NCBI GenBank assembly: GCA_020137815.1
Contig: CM035351.1
Location: 3,596,001 to 3,660,000, forward strand
Source of the DNA: Hormiphora californensis
Lineage: Eukaryota > Animalia > Ctenophora
Direction: 5' to 3'
Length of the DNA: 64,000 bases
Shown here: one piece after another, positions 60,524 to 64,000 of the stretch
How the letters are laid out: each line of letters starts with the position of its first letter
How positions within the stretch are numbered: the stretch's first letter is position 1
Made by a program: the position numbers and the translations under genes
The notes under the pieces: model-generated
The model's input: only the letters and a program-made list of their open reading frames with translations
Told to the model about the DNA's origin: nothing
Databases searched by the model: none

Positions 60524-63500
60524 ATGGCCCCTCTAGAGCATTTCAAGAGGCGTGGAGATGGTGGTCCTGATGAGGTGTTCTGGGATGAAAATGATACCGT
60601 TTTCCCGGATGTGAAGACGATCATCACTGAGAAGTTTCCCCAGGTATTATATACCCCTGTTTCGAAACAGTATCTTCTCGGAGCACCCTTCCCCTTCCCG
60701 CTCCTGACATTGTCAGGCTGACAACAAACTGTCGGAACGACAACGCTGTGTCCCTTATCATCAAACTGTTTTGCAGGTGGTTGAAGCAGGAGAGCAGCTG
60801 ACTCCGAAGAACCTGGTTAACCTGGTACAACAGTTTACCCAGTTCTTGGAAGATAACCTGGGATCTGGAAGCACCTCCGAGTACACCCGGATACCCGTGA
60901 GTTTCCATACTTCACTACTTTCATTCAAGATATTATGTCTGTACTGTTGTTTGTACTCTTCAATTTTGATACTGAACAAATAACCCCATGCACGACAATT
61001 ATAGCTGTAAATAATCAGTAAACTATCGCCTTTTTTTCACACAGGCTCGTTACTTCTACAAAGCTGAAACACTAGCCATTATTCTGGCAACAATCTTCCA
61101 ATGTCGGGCGGATAACAACTGGAGGAAAATAGATTTCTCAATCTCAACAAGGACTAGCAAACATTTGGAAATGGTCCAGAATATCTGGGAAGCCCTGATG
61201 GAGCAGGGATTTGAGAAAAAGAGGAAGGTCTTCCTAAATGATGAGCTGGACCAAGCTTCCAAGGATAAGGTTAAGAATATTATTCTGACGAGAGGAGGTG
61301 AGATAGTGTCCAGAGAGGATGAGGCCAGTCACATTGTTTACAATTATCCGCCAAAGACTGCTACTGCTGAGGGTAAGAAAATATTTTTACCATCTAGCTG
61401 TGTCCAATTGCCAAGCTAGACTGTGTTTCAGGCGTCCCACAAATGTAAAGGGAGGGTTAGAACATAACAACACATCCCTATTCAGAAGTTTTTTAAACGC
61501 CTCTCCCCTGTTCAGAGGTATCCTCAAATAGTTGTCCATGCTGCTCCACTGCTCTGGATGCCAAGGGTTGGAGTAACGCCAACAAGACCAACCATATCAA
61601 CTCCTGTAGATGGAAGAAATTTGATAATGGTGACCTTGTTAGGTTAGTTTTATTGTTTTGTGACAACTGCTGCCAAGGTATGTTTTACTGACTCATGGAT
61701 ATAATCCGCTATTTCCACTTATTACAACTTATTTAAAGTCGGATTTTTGAAGTTGTCACCCTAAAATGACCGCGCATGTGAAATTTATCAATTTTGACGC
61801 GCACACCACACGTTAACATGTGATGTGACGCGCAAAAACATTCCGCGCACGAAAAGGGGGGTGACAACTTCAAAAAATCCGACTTTACACCCTATTTTCT
61901 CATTTATTACCTCTCTTTATTACCCCCTCACATTTCTAAATTACCCCCTCACCCTATTTTAACCGCCTTTTTGTCTCCAGGTTGGTTGGAAATGATAGTG
62001 GTATGGTACTCCTCCACACTGTGGGAAAACCAGCCTCCTGGGACACTTGGGTACACGAGGAGTACATCATCAGTAACTGGGATAACGAATCATACCGAGA
62101 GGTGTGTTCACTGTTCATATACCGGGGAGTTAGGTTATACTTGTAAGGTGCAGTGGCTATTGAATTGGCACTTAAATTTGTTGAATTTGTTACTGATTTG
62201 GTTGTTATTAACCTCTATCAGGAGGGTGAGCCGTTAGATGTGCATCTGGGTTGGGTGATTGACACTGATCAGTATAACGAGTGGATGGATGAGGAGGATT
62301 ATTGTCTTCCCTCGGTTCGCTCGGATGGGACCACCAAACATGCCTGTAGGAAGTACCTTCTGAAGGAGGTTACAGAGGATGGTAGTGGCAACAACGATGA
62401 GGTAGTTTGTTAGAGTTATCATCGTTAGAATCATCGCTGTTAGGAGGAGCGTTGTTATGTTTTATTTTTAGTTTTATTCCCCTTTGTTAAGTAATTACAT
62501 TCCTCTAGAAGGCCAAGAGGAAGAGAACTCCCTCGCCTACTAACCTGAAAAAGAAGGTCAAGGGTAAAGCGAGACCTGCCCGGGCTACTCGGGAGGACCC
62601 AACTAAAGACTTCCCTGACCCGGTACCGGAGACCACTATTGAGAGAGTGGACAGCCCCGCTGGCGGACCTGGACCCGTCAAGGGAGCCTCATTCGCCGAT
62701 CTTGACAGTAAGTTATTGACATATGATGACGTCATTATTACGTCACAATGTCAACTGAAGTTTGTGAGACATTAGTTTACATCTCTCTGCTGTGTTCTAA
62801 TTCTTGTTTTATCTGCTGTGTGTCCCTATTTTGTGAAGCAAATATCTCATAACCACCAGGTCCCCAGCCCCAAATTGGACCATTTTTTAATGTCACAGCG
62901 GGTAAGGCAACCACGCTAATTGTGCCCCCCATAGAAACAACCTTCAATCGAATTGAGCTCTTGGGCACTTTGTATCTTTGTATCTCTCTCGCACTTTTTC
63001 TGCTACGTTATACCTGCTAGCTGTTTGCTAGTAATACAGCATCAACCACATACCCAGCAGCTCCATCTTATGTTTTACTTTCAATAATAGATCTCTCTCT
63101 TCAGTTGAGTCAGTTCCTCTGTCTGATGATAGGATTGAGGTGCTTGTCAAGGAGCGGGATAGTGATCTGGGGAAGAAGGACACAATGCAACGTGTACCCC
63201 TCCACAATCAGGTATATTAAAACACACTGCGCAGGGGGAGGAGGGGTCAGGCTCCCCTCTCTATCTGGTCTAAAACTCTAGAAATATAACTCTAGAACTA
63301 GCTAGTGTATTATAATTGATTCCACTCTCCCCAAATCTCTAGGTCCAGGACCAGTCCCACCACATTGTGATACCAAGTTACAGTGCCTGGTTCGACTACA
63401 ACTCCATCCATTGCATTGAGAAACGCGCCCTTCCGGAGTTCTTTAACGGGAAAAACAAGTCAAAAACACCGGAAATGTAAGCCCTATAATATTACTTTTC

Positions 63501-64000
63501 GGAAATTCGAGTAACACAACTAAAGGAAAACTTATCTGTTCGTTCATAAAGTCAGTTTAGCACGATCGAGTTTTCTTTTCTAATAACCAGTTATAATTTA
63601 ACAGTTAACTTAAACTCTCTTCTCTCAGCTACATGGGATACCGTAGTTTCATGTTGGATACCTACAGACTCAACCCTACCGAGTACCTGACTGTCACCGC
63701 TACCCGGAGGAACTTGGCTGGAGATGTTTGTGCCATCATTAGGTAACTGTGATAACCATAGTAACCGAAATGAACAACTTCTTCATGAAGTTTTTCACCC
63801 AATGTCTTGTGTAGATCACGCTTTATTTTAATTCTCTGTGAGGGTTCGGTAGAGCAACCGGTATCATGTAAAGTTAGACGGTGTATGTGATATGTTGTTT
63901 TGTGCTAATTATTATACAATCACCAGAGTGCACGCATTCCTGGAGCAATGGGGACTGATAAACTACCAGGTAGATCTAGAGGGACGACCCTCCTCCATGG
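60524..64000 (+). CDS. SMARCC: SWI/SNF (BAF) subunit SMARCC1/2 (moira), 5' part; runs off the window
   Basis: KRRGDGGP...[111 protein letters not shown]. Confidence 0.95.
61737..61884. mobile_element. Small MITE with ~25-bp TIRs, TTAA-type flank (Kolobok-like) in a SMARCC intron
   Basis: ttaa-agtcggatttttgaagttgtcaccc ... gggtgacaacttcaaaaaatccgact-ttac; a related end lies at ~44265-44298. Confidence 0.75.

Overview
Gene-dense eukaryotic (animal) genomic DNA with short GT-AG introns; no prokaryotic features. The compact layout, outron-like acceptors and repeat families are consistent with a ctenophore such as Pleurobrachia/Hormiphora (inference, not proven). Host genes: CHAC, SDHB, a PRELI protein, NUP58, COX5B, HSCB, selenoprotein H (in-frame UGA plus SECIS, missed by the ORF track), ARMC4/ODAD2, ERCC1, a formiminotransferase-domain protein, PLA2G6 (with a 13-kb intron containing an antisense C-type lectin gene), CLPP, an M16 peptidase, CWF19L2, RNF14, JAZF1-like and the 5' part of SMARCC. 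Mobile DNA: an intact APE-RT-RNase H LINE, truncated L2-like and CRE-like LINEs, and many MITE/foldback elements. Most notable: (1) a 1.09-kb non-coding insertion at 50.4-51.5 kb with a 14-bp target duplication, built from two inverted arms that each copy more than one full turn of a 445-nt unit, suggesting twin-primed retroposition from a circular or multimeric RNA that has no canonical hammerhead; (2) two similarly built poly-G-ended non-autonomous DNA elements that each carry a central tRNA-derived Pol III-like cassette; (3) operon-like co-directional gene runs with unpaired branch-point/AG acceptors before each downstream ATG; (4) a 12-kb gene-carrying block bracketed by ~240-bp direct repeats. 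Scattered 1-nt frameshifts in conserved genes suggest local consensus errors. All coordinates were read by eye.
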